A stretch of DNA of 52,136 bases, the filler included, from Sphacelaria rigidula (Eukaryota): assembly GCA_964200075.2 (NCBI GenBank). It is 4 parts of 4 records of this genome, joined end to end, with 100 filler letters (N's around TTAATTAATTAA, not from the genome) between each part and the next. Parts side by side here need not be neighbours in the genome. Positions count along the whole stretch, not along the records: positions 26,121 to 39,078 come from CAXNAA020003266.1; 3 more parts are not named here. One strand, written 5' to 3'. Position numbers and translations under genes: made by a program. Positions 26,121 to 37,800 of the stretch are shown here, in pieces. How positions within the stretch are numbered: the first letter of the stretch is position 1; the number at the start of each line of letters is the position of its first letter. A model generated the notes under the pieces. The model was not told where the DNA came from. It did no database searches and worked only from the letters and a program-made list of their open reading frames with translations.

Positions 26121-26313
26121 TCTCGAAAGGGATGCGTGGTCAATGGTCAAATGACTAAGGCAAGCAACAAATGAGTACGCCCCCCCCCCTATGAACCTCT
26201 TCGTGCGTTATTCTTACGACAAGAGGTATGTGGGGGCAGGCTTTCTCGCTGGCTACCGGTAGGGATGTTTGGCGAATTGTTGTGCATCTCTCTTGCACGC
26301 TCTGGGTGACCAT

Positions 26314-29300
26314 TCAGTGCGTGAGGTTCTCGTGTTGCCAACTTTGTCGGAAGCTGGGGGGCAGTGGGGAGAGGGTCTAATGGTGCACTTACCAGCGTTT
26401 TTTTTTCCTTCCTTGAGGGAAGGAGGAAACCTCACCCGACACCTACCCCGCAAACAAGTTCATGTGCCGATTATCCGGAGGCTCGGCTAGACCGCCTCGC
26501 AGCAGTCACGTGGGGTAGGCGCCTCAAGCGTTCGGAGAGCTTTGCTCAAGGCTGTACTTGTTTACCAGCGTGTGCACGCATCCCGCGCATCACTTACATG
26601 AGCATGAGGAATACGACTGAGGTGTGTCACGCACATATGGTGACGCTTGTCTCGTCCCCGCAGAAGACTTGTTCGTGAGTTTGTCAACCTTGTTTGGCTC
26701 GTTCCCCAACATTTCTACGACTCTTTAGTTTCCCGCCAAACGTTTTTGCGTATGTTATGAAATATAGAATGCGGTGAGGGCGCTGCGATTCGAATCCGAG
26801 AGCTTCTTTGTGTTCACGAGGCAAATCAAAATATGTTGGTGCCGCCAGGAAAAAAAAGGAGATGAGCTCTCGATAAATGCTTCCGGTAATGTACCTCTCC
26901 AATCTAGCCACCGGACCCTCGTGGTCTGAATGAAATTGGTACATTTTGAACGCGGTTAGGGCGGAGCTTCAGAGTTCGAATCCCAGCATGCATATTTTTT
27001 CTTTCTCTTTTTTTATTTGATGAGGAGAACCTGATTTCCGCCGCTGAAAACGCGAGGACCTGAGTAGCAAAGAAATTTTTATGCAAGCCTACGTGGTGCA
27101 GGAGTGTTGATCCAACCCGCGGTATAAAGTGTCAGGCGTGTACTAGAGGATAGATGAGCTGAGATCCCTGGAGACTATGGACTCGTCTCGAGGAAGGGGA
27201 AAAGTTAAAATATACGTACGATAAGAAGAAAAAAAAAACAGATCGGGTGGTATCAAATGGTACCCGTTCGCTCACCAAAACAGCGGGTTCCACGGGGGCA
27301 CCGTCGCGCTGGACCGGATGCCGGAGGCCTTTCGCAGCTCATTTCCCATGTAGCTGTGGTTAGTGTAGGGAAGAAAACACAGGCAGCGTTGTATCGGCGG
27401 CGTGGGGAAGCAGAGCATCCTATGGGTCAGCCGAGAGAGATGCAGGACTGCAAAGATAGCACGTGGTTTCGCTCGGGATGGCTAGGATGCTGCTCTCTCG
27501 ACACCTCAGGGAGGCAGGCCACTTGCTGTATCCAAAAAACAGGCAGATTTCTGTGAGGTATTGCTTGGAGGGTACATTCGTGACTCGTCGAAAAAAACAC
27601 TCAGATTGTCCGCCATGTCCGGGCGAAACTTGTTTCACTGCCAAACCGAGCGTTTGAAGCAAAAAATAAAAATGCGAGGGGTTCCCCGTCGTTTTTGTTG
27701 CGTGAAAGAAGCGCCAGCAGCAAAAGGTGATCGCATGGTACATGAAAGCCGCCGCGCCCCGGAGATGTAATCGTCCGACTGTCGCCATTAGGGTGGAGAG
27801 AACGAGGGTTCGATATTTGATGCGTTTTTTTTCTTCGTAATGTCTGATTTCCACCGTGGAAAGCGTGAGAGCGTGAGTGAACAATGTAGTCGACTGAGTT
27901 CGCTTTACGTGAGTTGACGCGGTGAGGGTGTGCTGACCCAATCCGCGAGACCAAAATGGAAGGCGTGCACCGGGGGAGAGATGGGTCGATCCCTTGAGAC
28001 CATGGACTCATCCCGAGGAAGGGGAGGAGGGGTTCCAAGTGCGACAAATAAATAACAATACTAAAATAAAATAAAAAAGCAATATATTTTCAGCACGTAT
28101 GACGCATTTTTTTTCTAATAAGCGGTGAACAACGTTTATTGGTAAACTTCTCGGAAAATTGCGGGTGCGCCAATATGACTCTGAGTTCGCAAGGTCGATC
28201 ATTTGACATGGAGGACGATAAACGTATTTGAAGAACCGAACACAAAATGGAGGATACACTTACAAGAACGCGAGGCTGAAGGATATTATGTCCACCCCCA
28301 GGAGAGCCACTCTACCCGCCGGTCTTCCGTACGACATGGCCTGATCATGAGCATCGGCCGCGATAATCTCGCGAGACTCCGCATCCCTGGGCACAACGCC
28401 TTCGAAACTGACGAAGCAAAGCATGGATCGACAGGAAGGACTTTTAGGGTAAATTTAAATCGCAGAACAGTAGACAGGTATTTTGAACCGTATACATGAC
28501 ACGTGCTAGTATGCGTCTGCTTGTGGATCTGATTTTGCAGTATGCGCACATCTACAGGACACATGCAGATCAAGCTCTTGACATCCCCTCTCCGTCCGCA
28601 TCAAGCTAAGCACTCACCATCCCCCATCCACAAAAGTACGGTGTGTGCCTGGGCATTTTTCATTTTTTTTCTTTACGTGGCGATGAACGCCTCCCTATAA
28701 TTGCAGAAGAACGTCAAGATTTTTGCCTCGCATCCTTGTTCTTGATTCGATACCTCGGAATACCAAATCGTGTCATCTAAGACAAGCAACCGTGGAAAAA
28801 TACTAGTGCGTGTTGCCTAGATGAACAGCGATGTGTCATGGTTTGAATGAAGAATGAGAAAAAATGACTTAAAAATGGCAAGAATATCAGGAAGTTGTTG
28901 TCGCTGCAGCCTATGCCACCTCCTGCAGAAAGCCCATGTGACAGTGTTTTGGAGTACCACCCCCGCTCATGCAATGCAAGGCATCACATCGCCGAAAAGG
29001 CCGCATGTGCTGGCGTGGTTATACCATTCATGTCGCAAGACGTTGGACGTCATGTGATCAGCGACATGACATGATCATCTGTAAACCAGTTCTTTTTCGA
29101 GAACTCTGACCCCTGGCACACTCTCGCGGTCTGTCTAACTGTATGCGGAGTGATGGTATCGATATGCGTCGACTAGAAGAGCGGGATGGCGTAACCCACA
29201 ACAACGTGAGCGGGTTTCATCTATTCTAGAGACCGCAGAGTATCTACCGCCGAAAACCTCGACGGTATAGACCATGGCCTAGTGTGAGTTCAAATGAACC

Positions 29301-31391
29301 TAATCGATTAATTTCGCGCTGGTCCACGCGCGGGGTTCTCAGAACACCAGTCCGGGGTTCTTCCTGTCTGAACTTGTAGCCACATGCGTCTTGACCATAC
29401 TTACCGCGCGCCGTTATTGCACCACAAAATCATGTCGGGGACATCTGTACTCGAAGGAAGCAGGGTTTCATCACGAAAGATCGCTATCGTTGCATCAACG
29501 GAGACAATGGAGCGACGCAGTCAAGGTTCAAAATCTTGAGGACTTCGCTCGAAAACGCGGTCCAAAGTGTCTCTCATGAGCGTCTCCAAGGAACAGCAAG
29601 TGCCAAACTTAGCAGATTGTCGAGTGGTCATATTCGCCTTGCATACTTCGTGCTTTCTCCAGCTAATGTATAGGACCCGCACTACCATAGTTTTCTTCGA
29701 AGGGACGAGAAAACCTCACCCAGGACTTAAGTTTGACGAGCTACTGTATCTACTACTACAACATGCGATTCTGCGCAAGAGTAACGCAACCAGTGCCGGT
29801 GGCCGAAGGATCATCCGTCCCAAAGTAGACATCAATTTTGGTATGAGTAGCCCCAGCTTGCTTCGCAATACAACTTTTCCCAGCGCGAACAGCTGTCGAT
29901 AATAGGGGTGCAGCGAGTTCATCAACACGTTTACTCACCACGACTTTTGGTCGTCATTGTGGAGATTCATCGAAAGTTTGAAAACTACATTATGAAGAAG
30001 GATCCAGAAACACTCTCGCGAGTTCACATCGATCGCTCTGTGCGCAATGGATGGTGGAATGGGACCAAATACTCCTACATCACGTAGCTACTCAAATGTT
30101 TTATCGATGCACACAGCCGAGGCCGTAGTAACCTTCCTAGTCGGGCTTACTCACTCCATTTCATCGCTTCTCCGGAACGAAGGGGGGTGGTATAAAGTGT
30201 GACACTAAGCAAAGTGCAGCTAGGCTTTTGCTTCTTATGCTTTCGCATAATTCGCGAAAATGATACGTTCTTGTTTTTCAGTCTTGCACACTGAAGTCAA
30301 GTAAATGTAACGCCTCGGCGGGGTTTCCGCTTTAAAATGACCCCCTTTAGAACAAGACCCATAATTGTCTTGGAAAAAAACGCGGAAGAAGCAAAAGTCA
30401 AAGAGCAACAAGCCGTAAAATATCCCGAAACTCAACCACATGGATCACGACTACCGTAGCGTACTAACTGTGTCACAACGTCGTGACACAGCTGGTATTC
30501 ACATCATCCTTGTGCAGCCGCAGCGCAGCCCTGGGTAGGCGAAAACTCGGCAAATTGCTCTGTCCAGGGATCGTAGCGGTACTAGATCATGTGCAGCCGA
30601 CAAAAACAACACCGTACACAGGGTCATGTTTGCATCACGAGGAACAGCGTTCACGAGCAACAGCGACTCTCTTTATTTGAACCCCATCCAGTGCGACAGG
30701 AAAACCCTCACCGGTTCCGCTTCTTAATGTTCTTGTTGCTGAGGTAGTACAGGCACATAATCGTGCCAAATCTCAACGCCATCGAGTGTTGCTTGTGATA
30801 GTTTGGGTTCATCCTTCCCACGGCCTTTCCCGAACCGGGTATGCGAGTCGCCGCTTCGGCTGCGACGGCGAGAGCAGACGAGGTAACATACCACCCCAAT
30901 GCAACAAGGGCAGGCTTCAGCGCTTTGTGGCCTCGAAAAACTTTCATTGCTCCTCCGAGGATTTTTCGACCTATTGCCAGGTCGACAGAATGTCCTTGTA
31001 GCTGTCGTTGTTGAGGTGATGGTGGTTGCAGAGATGGTGATGCGGTCGAGATGGCCGTTGTTGTCGCTGTCGGATGGCATGTTGACGCCGTCAGCTGCTG
31101 CAACGGGATAGTCGCTTCGCTGGTTTCGAGCTGGTCGCTGTTGTCGTTGTTGAAGGCGGAAGTTTGGGCAGACACGGCATACCGCGACGAGTGCTGCTGT
31201 CTCAGAAGAACGTTAGCTTTTCGCGAACCTGTTGATGTCCTACCGGATGGAATGGCCACATTCAGCGAGAAGGCCTGCGCAACACCTTGTTGATGATGCC
31301 GCCAGTGTTGGCAGGGCGGAGCTAGCAGCAGGCCGACAAGCAGCAGCATCATGTTCATCTTGGGCAGCAGTTGCGTGTCCGATGCAGACAA
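26314..31391 (-). CDS. Probable plastid-targeted membrane protein of unknown function, spliced
   Basis: Exon 1 (31391-30712) has a hydrophobic signal (MMLLLVGLLLA), an AQAFS cleavage-like motif, an S/T-rich transit region, two hydrophobic segments and a phase-2 donor CG|gtgagg. Tentative phase-2 exons are 28386-28333, 27353-27276 and 26353-26314 (…WQHENLTH*); these are less certain than exon 1. Confidence 0.6.
27965..28035. repeat. Dispersed repeat family (gatcccttgagaccatggactcatcccgaggaagggg)
   Basis: Related copies at ~27160-27200, ~25725-25770 and, inverted, ~17865-17905. Confidence 0.7.
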
Positions 31392-32525
31392 TATGCTGTC
31401 ACGGAAATCAGAGGCTGAAAATTATACCCACGCACCAGAAGCGTGTCTTTTTCAACGCGTACACAGAGCCAAAGGTCACCCACGACTTCTGAGAATCCGC
31501 GGGTTACCGAGGGTCAGGTTCATTTACAAGAAGTCGCATCCTGCAACCCGGACCATATATTTAGTTTTTCTTTACCACCCCTCCCCACCTACTCCAATAT
31601 AATTGGAACATGACAAAGTGTTGCTCTATCGAGCTGTCGAGATAGGTCCGCTTGGATAAGTTCTGCAAACGCAAACAATACCGGTACTGTACGTTACAGC
31701 ACACAGAGAGTGGTTCAGACTCCCGTCACGCGCGAGATATTGATTTGTATAATCAATCATCGACCCTAACAAAAATGTTGGGCGGGGATGGAGATATTCT
31801 TGGGGGCGGGACTCGCCGACCTGCCGAGTCTACACCCCAACCACCATCAGCAGCGGCAGCGGCAGCGGCAGCGGCAGCGGCGGCGGGCGCAGCGGCTGGG
31901 GTGAAACCGGCATTGGCCTCCACCACTGGCGGTTCGATCTTGTCACCGGTTAAAAGGGAGGGTCTAGGATCAATTGCATCTGGTGTTGTGAGTCCGTTGA
32001 AGAGGCAGCGGTCCTTGGCGGGGGTGCCAATGAGACCAGAGACGGAGGTCAGTTTAAAAGTTGAGAAAAGAATACGGTGTTGTACGAGTATATATGGTTT
32101 AAAACTAAGAGTTACTGAGGCATCTTGAATCGTTTGGATCCTCCAAGAATGCGGTAAGGGTAGCTGTTGTTGCACTGTCCTTTGAAGGCGAGCGCCTGCA
32201 TACCAAGCCACGGCACTGGACTGGACTGCATGGCACTGTGACTTGGGTGCTGTCGCTGAAGCGAGTGCTGTGCAACGCCTGTCCGCGTGCTTGTACAGGC
32301 TGGGCCAGCCTAAATACGGACTTGAGCTGTCACAGCCATATCTCATCAACGGAGACGAATTAGGCCATCAACCGCATATCAAATTAATCGTCTCATCAAG
32401 GAGCAGATGCCCATATGCCCTACAGCGTGGGCCCATGCCTTCTCTTAGATTCCCGCCATCCCACACTAAAGTTACGTCGCTTGCAAGTTGCGTTCAAGAA
32501 GAAAAAACGGGTCTGAAACCGTCAG

Positions 32526-32930
32526 ATGTTGTGTCTTGCCGACAAAAAATGCGGTGGAATTAGACAAATGAGGCACAAGTGGCCACGTTCGCCAGACAAG
32601 CTGGTGGTACCGATGGACGTGGACAACGAAAACACGCCGCCCAACTCTTCCGCGGGCGGATACCTATGGCCGAAGACTTCTGCACCCACTGTACATGTAG
32701 AGAGAAAGTCTAAAAAGTATCGTCTCTCGCTGCGGTTCACGCCAGCAAAGGGCGAGAGGCCCCAGCGGAAGAAGTCACCCCGATTCCAAACACGTCAACA
32801 CGCGGAAGCAGCTGCCGCGGAGTGGAGATTAAACTAAACTGGGAGGAAGGGAGGAGGGGTCGGCCCAAGCATGATAGCTTGCCGGAAGCGATCATGAGCT
32901 CAGATCATGAGCAATCAGTCGTTCCCTTAG
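32526..32930 (+). other. Exon encoding AP2-like DNA-binding module 1 + AT-hook
   Basis: KYRLSLRFTPAKGERPQRKKSPRFQTRQHAEAAAAEWRLN/WEEGRRGRPK: three-strand-plus-helix pattern with FxTxxxA..A..EW, followed by RGRP. Confidence 0.65.
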
Positions 32931-33463
32931 GTACGTCATTGGAGGCTGCGGGTATGTTGTTACTGTTGTGGTTGCTGCAACGTTACGAACTATGCACATG
33001 GCGTTAGAAACCACCCTCTCCATCGAAGCAGTTCGGTCGGATCAAATCTTGTGGCCTGAGGTGTTGCTCTGCAGGGAATATCCATCGTTCTTGGCGAGAG
33101 ATTCATTGTCTCATAATCAGTGCGCAACGACTGCAACTTCACTGCCGTTTTCACTCAGACATGAGATTTTGTCCGTCAGCACGTCATGTACAGATATTTG
33201 CACACCGAAAGCGTGCTGCTGCGGCTGCTCCTTCCGGCCGCTGAAATATGACGCAAGACATCACCGTTCCCATGATAGCATATGGGGTAGCCTCAAACAT
33301 CTACCAAAGGTAGTCTGTATATGATGCGGTTCGTTATGCGAGGATCGTTTGTCACGCCGAAGGACGGGTCGTGGGCTGGGCAAAATGACTGCTGCTCTCC
33401 TGCATTTTCAACTGACGGTACTGTACCCCACGACAAAATCCAATTCGCCGTCAAATTCCACAG

Positions 33464-33817
33464 GGGAATCGCTCAACAGCAACAACGTCCCTCGAGTAAA
33501 CACGATGGACACGAACAAGGAAAATAGGCAACCCAGTTCTCATGGGAGTGAAAGGCTATGGACGAAGACTTCTGCACCTCATGTAGTAGAAGATGAGACC
33601 GAAGGAGTGTATCGTTTAGGTCTCACGTTCACGTCATCGAAAGGGAAGAAGCCCGAACGGAAGAGATCGCCGGCGTTCGATACACGTGAGGAGGCCGAGG
33701 CAGCTGCTGAGGAGTGGAGGTTAAGCTGGGAAAAGAGAGGGAGGGGTCGGCCCCGTGATGGTCACTCGCCAGGGGTGGCGACGACCTCACGTTATAACGA
33801 ACCTGAGGTTCCCAGCG
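33464..33817 (+). other. Exon encoding AP2-like DNA-binding module 2 + AT-hook
   Basis: VYRLGLTFTSSKGKKPERKRSPAFDTREEAEAAAEEWRLSWEKRGRGRPR; clear paralog of the previous exon. Confidence 0.7.
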
Positions 33818-34008
33818 GTGAGTCTTTGAACGACAGTCTGTGACTCTGTCATGGATGGTGTCTCCTGTTTATAATCCTCACCATAGACCCGGCTTTACAT
33901 CCTCGTTTCGATGTTTCCAGTGCGCGCGATTGTATGCTGCTGTCACAGGCGGTGTTCACTGTTGTGCGTGTGCTCACGGCTATGTATGCCGTCGGCGCAT
34001 CAGTGTAA

Positions 34009-34848
34009 GACCCACTTTTATGGCAACGAATGTCAATATTTTCGGGACCCCGATTTTGAACAAACCGGGGGGACTCAAATACGTAGACTCAAAATAAGGG
34101 TGACCGTTTTATGGTACAGACAGTACAGTATCACAGATTTGTGAAACGGTTCTGTACACAGACGGTAATTTTCTGCATGCGTGTGGTACTGCGTAGTCGT
34201 GCATGAAGCCGAGGAGAAGGCAGGTGTTAGCCAATCCTTCGAGTACAGTGTCGTACCTTGGTATCCTGGGGTAATTCAGTGGAGGAAACTACATCAGTAC
34301 AGCACATGATGATGCCGTGTGGTAGTGCATGATGGCACAGACGGTAGTGCGAGAACAGAGAACAAAAAGTGCGCGAGCAAAGATCAGTGGTGCGGTGCTG
34401 TACATCACCCGTCAAGTACAGCGACAACAGCTAGGAGAGTGCAGTAGCGTTTGTTATAGTGATCCATGTGGCAGCGCAGCGAGGCATGAGATATTACCAT
34501 GGTTGCAGGGTACGGCGTCAGCACTTATTATCCGGTTGCCGAAGCCCGTGCGAAGTTGCTTCAGCACCTTGGGCGGGCAGTAGACACACCCTGTGCTGTC
34601 ACGAGACTGTCTGCTGTCGCCGTTGCAAATATATCAAATCCCTCGTACTAAGGCATTTTACGTCAATGCACGTACATCACCTAAAAAAAGTCAGGGGGAC
34701 TCACGATCTCGGTACGATTCCCCCCGATTTCTTCGAAAAATCGGGGGAAGGAGTTCCGAGATCGTGAGTCTCCGATTTGGTCCAAGTCCGTGTCCACGAA
34801 TGCGTTCCCCGCCCCCCCTCAGACCCGTGCTTGCCATAAGAGTGGGTC
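34009..34848. mobile_element. PIF/Harbinger-like (Tourist-type) MITE with TAA target duplication
   Basis: TIRs gacccacttttatggcaa / ttgccataagagtgggtc (17 of 18 match), with TAA at 34006-34008 and 34849-34851. No coding capacity recognised. Confidence 0.8.
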
Positions 34849-37800
34849 TAACCCGCCGCGGCAAAATTCCTTCGCTCGCCACATTCCACAGGGAAATCGC
34901 TCAACAGCCTCGCCAAACTCGCTAGCGGGGAGCAAAGACTTGAGCGGCTACGCGTGGAAGAACACAAAATGAACCGCACGGATTCCGCTGCATCGGCGGC
35001 CCTTTCCAGCCGAGAACGAAGATGTCTGGAACGGGGGTGGCGGAGGAGGGATGCAAGGATGAGCGGGAGGTTCAGCTGGCGCGCTTCGTAGCTGGGGCCA
35101 CAAATCGTAGGGCTGAAGACGCAGGATGAAAAGCTGGACTCATTATTCGACCGCCTCGGGGCGAACATGTTCGGAGATGCAGACGCGCTACTCCTGCCCG
35201 ACGAGGACGTGTCCCCAGAAGCTCCAAATGCAGCAGAGGTGGGATCCACTGTGCTTTTGCATGTGTCGGAAATGCAGTCGTATCGTGTGGCCAGACAAGC
35301 GTATACAACGATGGAAATTCTCAAGGCAGAACGTGAGCGCAACGGAAAAGTCTTGGAATACTTGGAGCAAGCGAAAGCTATTTGTGAAGGAGGCGCACCC
35401 GCAACGAAAACTGCCGTGAGGATCGCCGATCGCCGCGTGTACGAGTTCATGTCAGGTGCGTTCGCGCTACGCCATGAATGTTCTCTCTTGAAGATCGCGG
35501 TGAACATGGTGATGCGTTCTAAACTGGGCGGCGCGAAGCCTCGGACAATTTTGAAGTGGGCGCACGACTTTAAGACCCTCAACGGGTATTTCAAGCGCGA
35601 CGGAAGGGGGATGTACGAGAGGGAGTGAATACTGTCCGAGGGGGATCTGAAGCTGAAGCTCTTACGGTGGCTCAAGTCCCAGAAGCGGGTGACCATCAAG
35701 TCGGTCTGTCTATATGTCCATGACGGCTTCTTTGAGGGAGAAGGAGGGATGAAACAGCTGAACAAGTATCATCTGACACTCCCTATCTCGGATTCCACGG
35801 TGCATTCATGGGTGACAAAGCTCGGGTGTACGTACGAGAGGCACAGTCAATCGTATTACGCTGACGGCCACGAGAGGCCTGATGTAGTGGCCAGCCGCAA
35901 CATGTACATCAAACAGAAGCGGGAAATCGCATTGCGCCAACCGCTGTGGGTTCGTGTGGAAAAGTCGTCTCTGAAGACCAAGGAGCTAGAAAAGTTGGAT
36001 GCTCTGAAGGAGACCGGCGACGACTATTTTTACGCGGAGGTCTACAACTGCACCATTAATGGCGAGGCGTGCATCGAGTTTCACGTTGACCTGTTGAATG
36101 ATGGCGGAGTGATCGAAACGTTTGATGCTCTGGGCAATGCTCTCGGGCCAAATGGTGGGCAGTATAGCGTCCGCTTCGAAGCAGCTGCTGGTGCTTCCTG
36201 CAAGGCGCATCATTCCGAGGAGGTGTGCAAGTGCCGTCGCAAGGTGTACTATATGCAGGACGAAAGCATTTATAAAGCGTACGGGCGTGAGGGTAATGAG
36301 TGGGTGATTCAGGTTGTGCGTGGCCTGCGGAAGAAAACGGAGGGGCCGGGAGAGATGATTTCGGCTTTCCAGGATGAGAGGCGCGGCTTCGGTTTGCCTG
36401 TATCAACGGATGAGCTACAGAGGGTGAACCACTTTCGACACGAACGGGGCCGTCCGGCGCTGAAAAGAACCCCGGGCACGCGACATCTTGTTTTCGGGAA
36501 AAACAAAGGTGGCTACTAGGATTTCGATCGATTTGAGCGACAGATAGTGGACGTCATGGATGTTCTAGAGGTCATCGAAGAGAACAAGCAAATAATGTTT
36601 GAGGTGGATCACTCTCCGGGACACGCAAAAATGCGCGAGGATGGGTTGCATACATCCTTTCTGAACGTGAAATACGGGGGCAAGCAGAGGGTGCTACGGG
36701 ATACGAAAATTACGGAGGGGTGTTTGGGTGAGTCGGAGGCGACCATGTATAAATTAGGAGAAAAGTGGAGCACAAAAAATAGCCCAAGAGCCACACCGTA
36801 CCCGAGTAAGCTCGCGGTAGGTGACACGCAACGCATGACATTTCAGTCAGGTGACCCCCCCTCCTTTCTACGACGTGGATGCGCCCACTGTAGACACGAC
36901 ATACACACGAGAGAAAACATCTAAGCAGAAGGACAGCGCTGTCGTTTCCAAGGGCGGGAGCACGGAGGGAGCAACTAGCACAAGTGGGGAAACGGAGGAA
37001 TACATGAAAGAGGGCTATGTCGGTAAACCGAAAGGTATGAGGCAGGTGTTGTGGAAGCGCGGATTGTGGGTAGACAAGATGGGGACGGGAGATAACGCAG
37101 AGCCGAACAAGAGCATCGTAACCGTCCTGGGAAAGTTGCCGGACTTTCGTGAGGAGAGGACGGCACTGCAGCACACCGTCGAGAGTCGTGGGCACATTCT
37201 GGTGCTATCGCCCAAATGCCACCCGGAGGTTGCAGGGGTCGGAATCGAATACTCCTGGGGGGATATCGAAGAAGCACTTTCGGCGGGTGATTAATGACGA
37301 AGTGCCAAAAAACCTACACGCTAATATCGTCAAGTCTCTGTGCCGTGCCACAATTTTGACGCTCGGCCGAGTGCGACGCTTTGCGCGACGCACTCGAGAC
37401 CTCTGCCGGGCGTACCGTGAGGTGGTGCAAATGTAAGGCGCCGGCGACGACGTACCGGAGGGGAAGCGCGGAATAGAGGCGATGCGCAAGAAGTACACGG
37501 CACACCGCAACATCCTGGACATCGAGCCCGGTTTCATCAACACGCAATTACAAGGCGAGGTTGCAGTGGCGCCGGAGACAAGGCGGAAGTGCGCCGTGAG
37601 AGCGGGAGTGGGGGAGGAGGGGGGTATAAGGCCGGTCTCTGATCGATGGCGGGTGGTGCCATACTTACTCGTACGTTCGTAGTAAGAGCATTTGTGTTTT
37701 TTTCAATAAGAAATGCATACGCTGTTGAAGGAAGAGGTATGCTTATTTTGCACCCGTACATGATAGCCAGTGAGGAAGTGGCGATGTGTGCTGTTGTTGG

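Larger units (their letters stand above)
31775..37682 (+). pseudogene. Spliced transposase gene: two AP2-like + AT-hook modules fused to a divergent IS630/Tc1/mariner-type DDE transposase (decayed)
   Basis: Exons 31775-32047 (phase 0), 32526-32930, 33464-33817 and 34892-~37682 (phase-1 junctions). Transposase motifs: HTH-like RTILKWAHDF and ISDSTVHSWVTKLG, DGHERPDVV, QDES, FGKNKGGY(W), DHSPGH, GGKQ, KGMRQVLWKRGL, PDF, SPKCHPEVAGVGIEYSWG, KKYTAHR. Interrupted by stops at 35089, 35626, 36517 and 37434, and by frameshifts near 32835, 36855 and 37260. Confidence 0.8.

Noticed and set aside
22632-31391. Joining the signal-peptide exon at 31391 to the DUF726 exons as one gene
   Set aside because: An assembly gap intervenes and a plausible terminal exon with a stop exists at 26353-26314. 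Not excluded without transcripts.
34848-35765. 305-aa minus-strand ORF
   Set aside because: Antisense shadow of transposase exon 4; useful only as evidence that no frameshift occurs across this span.
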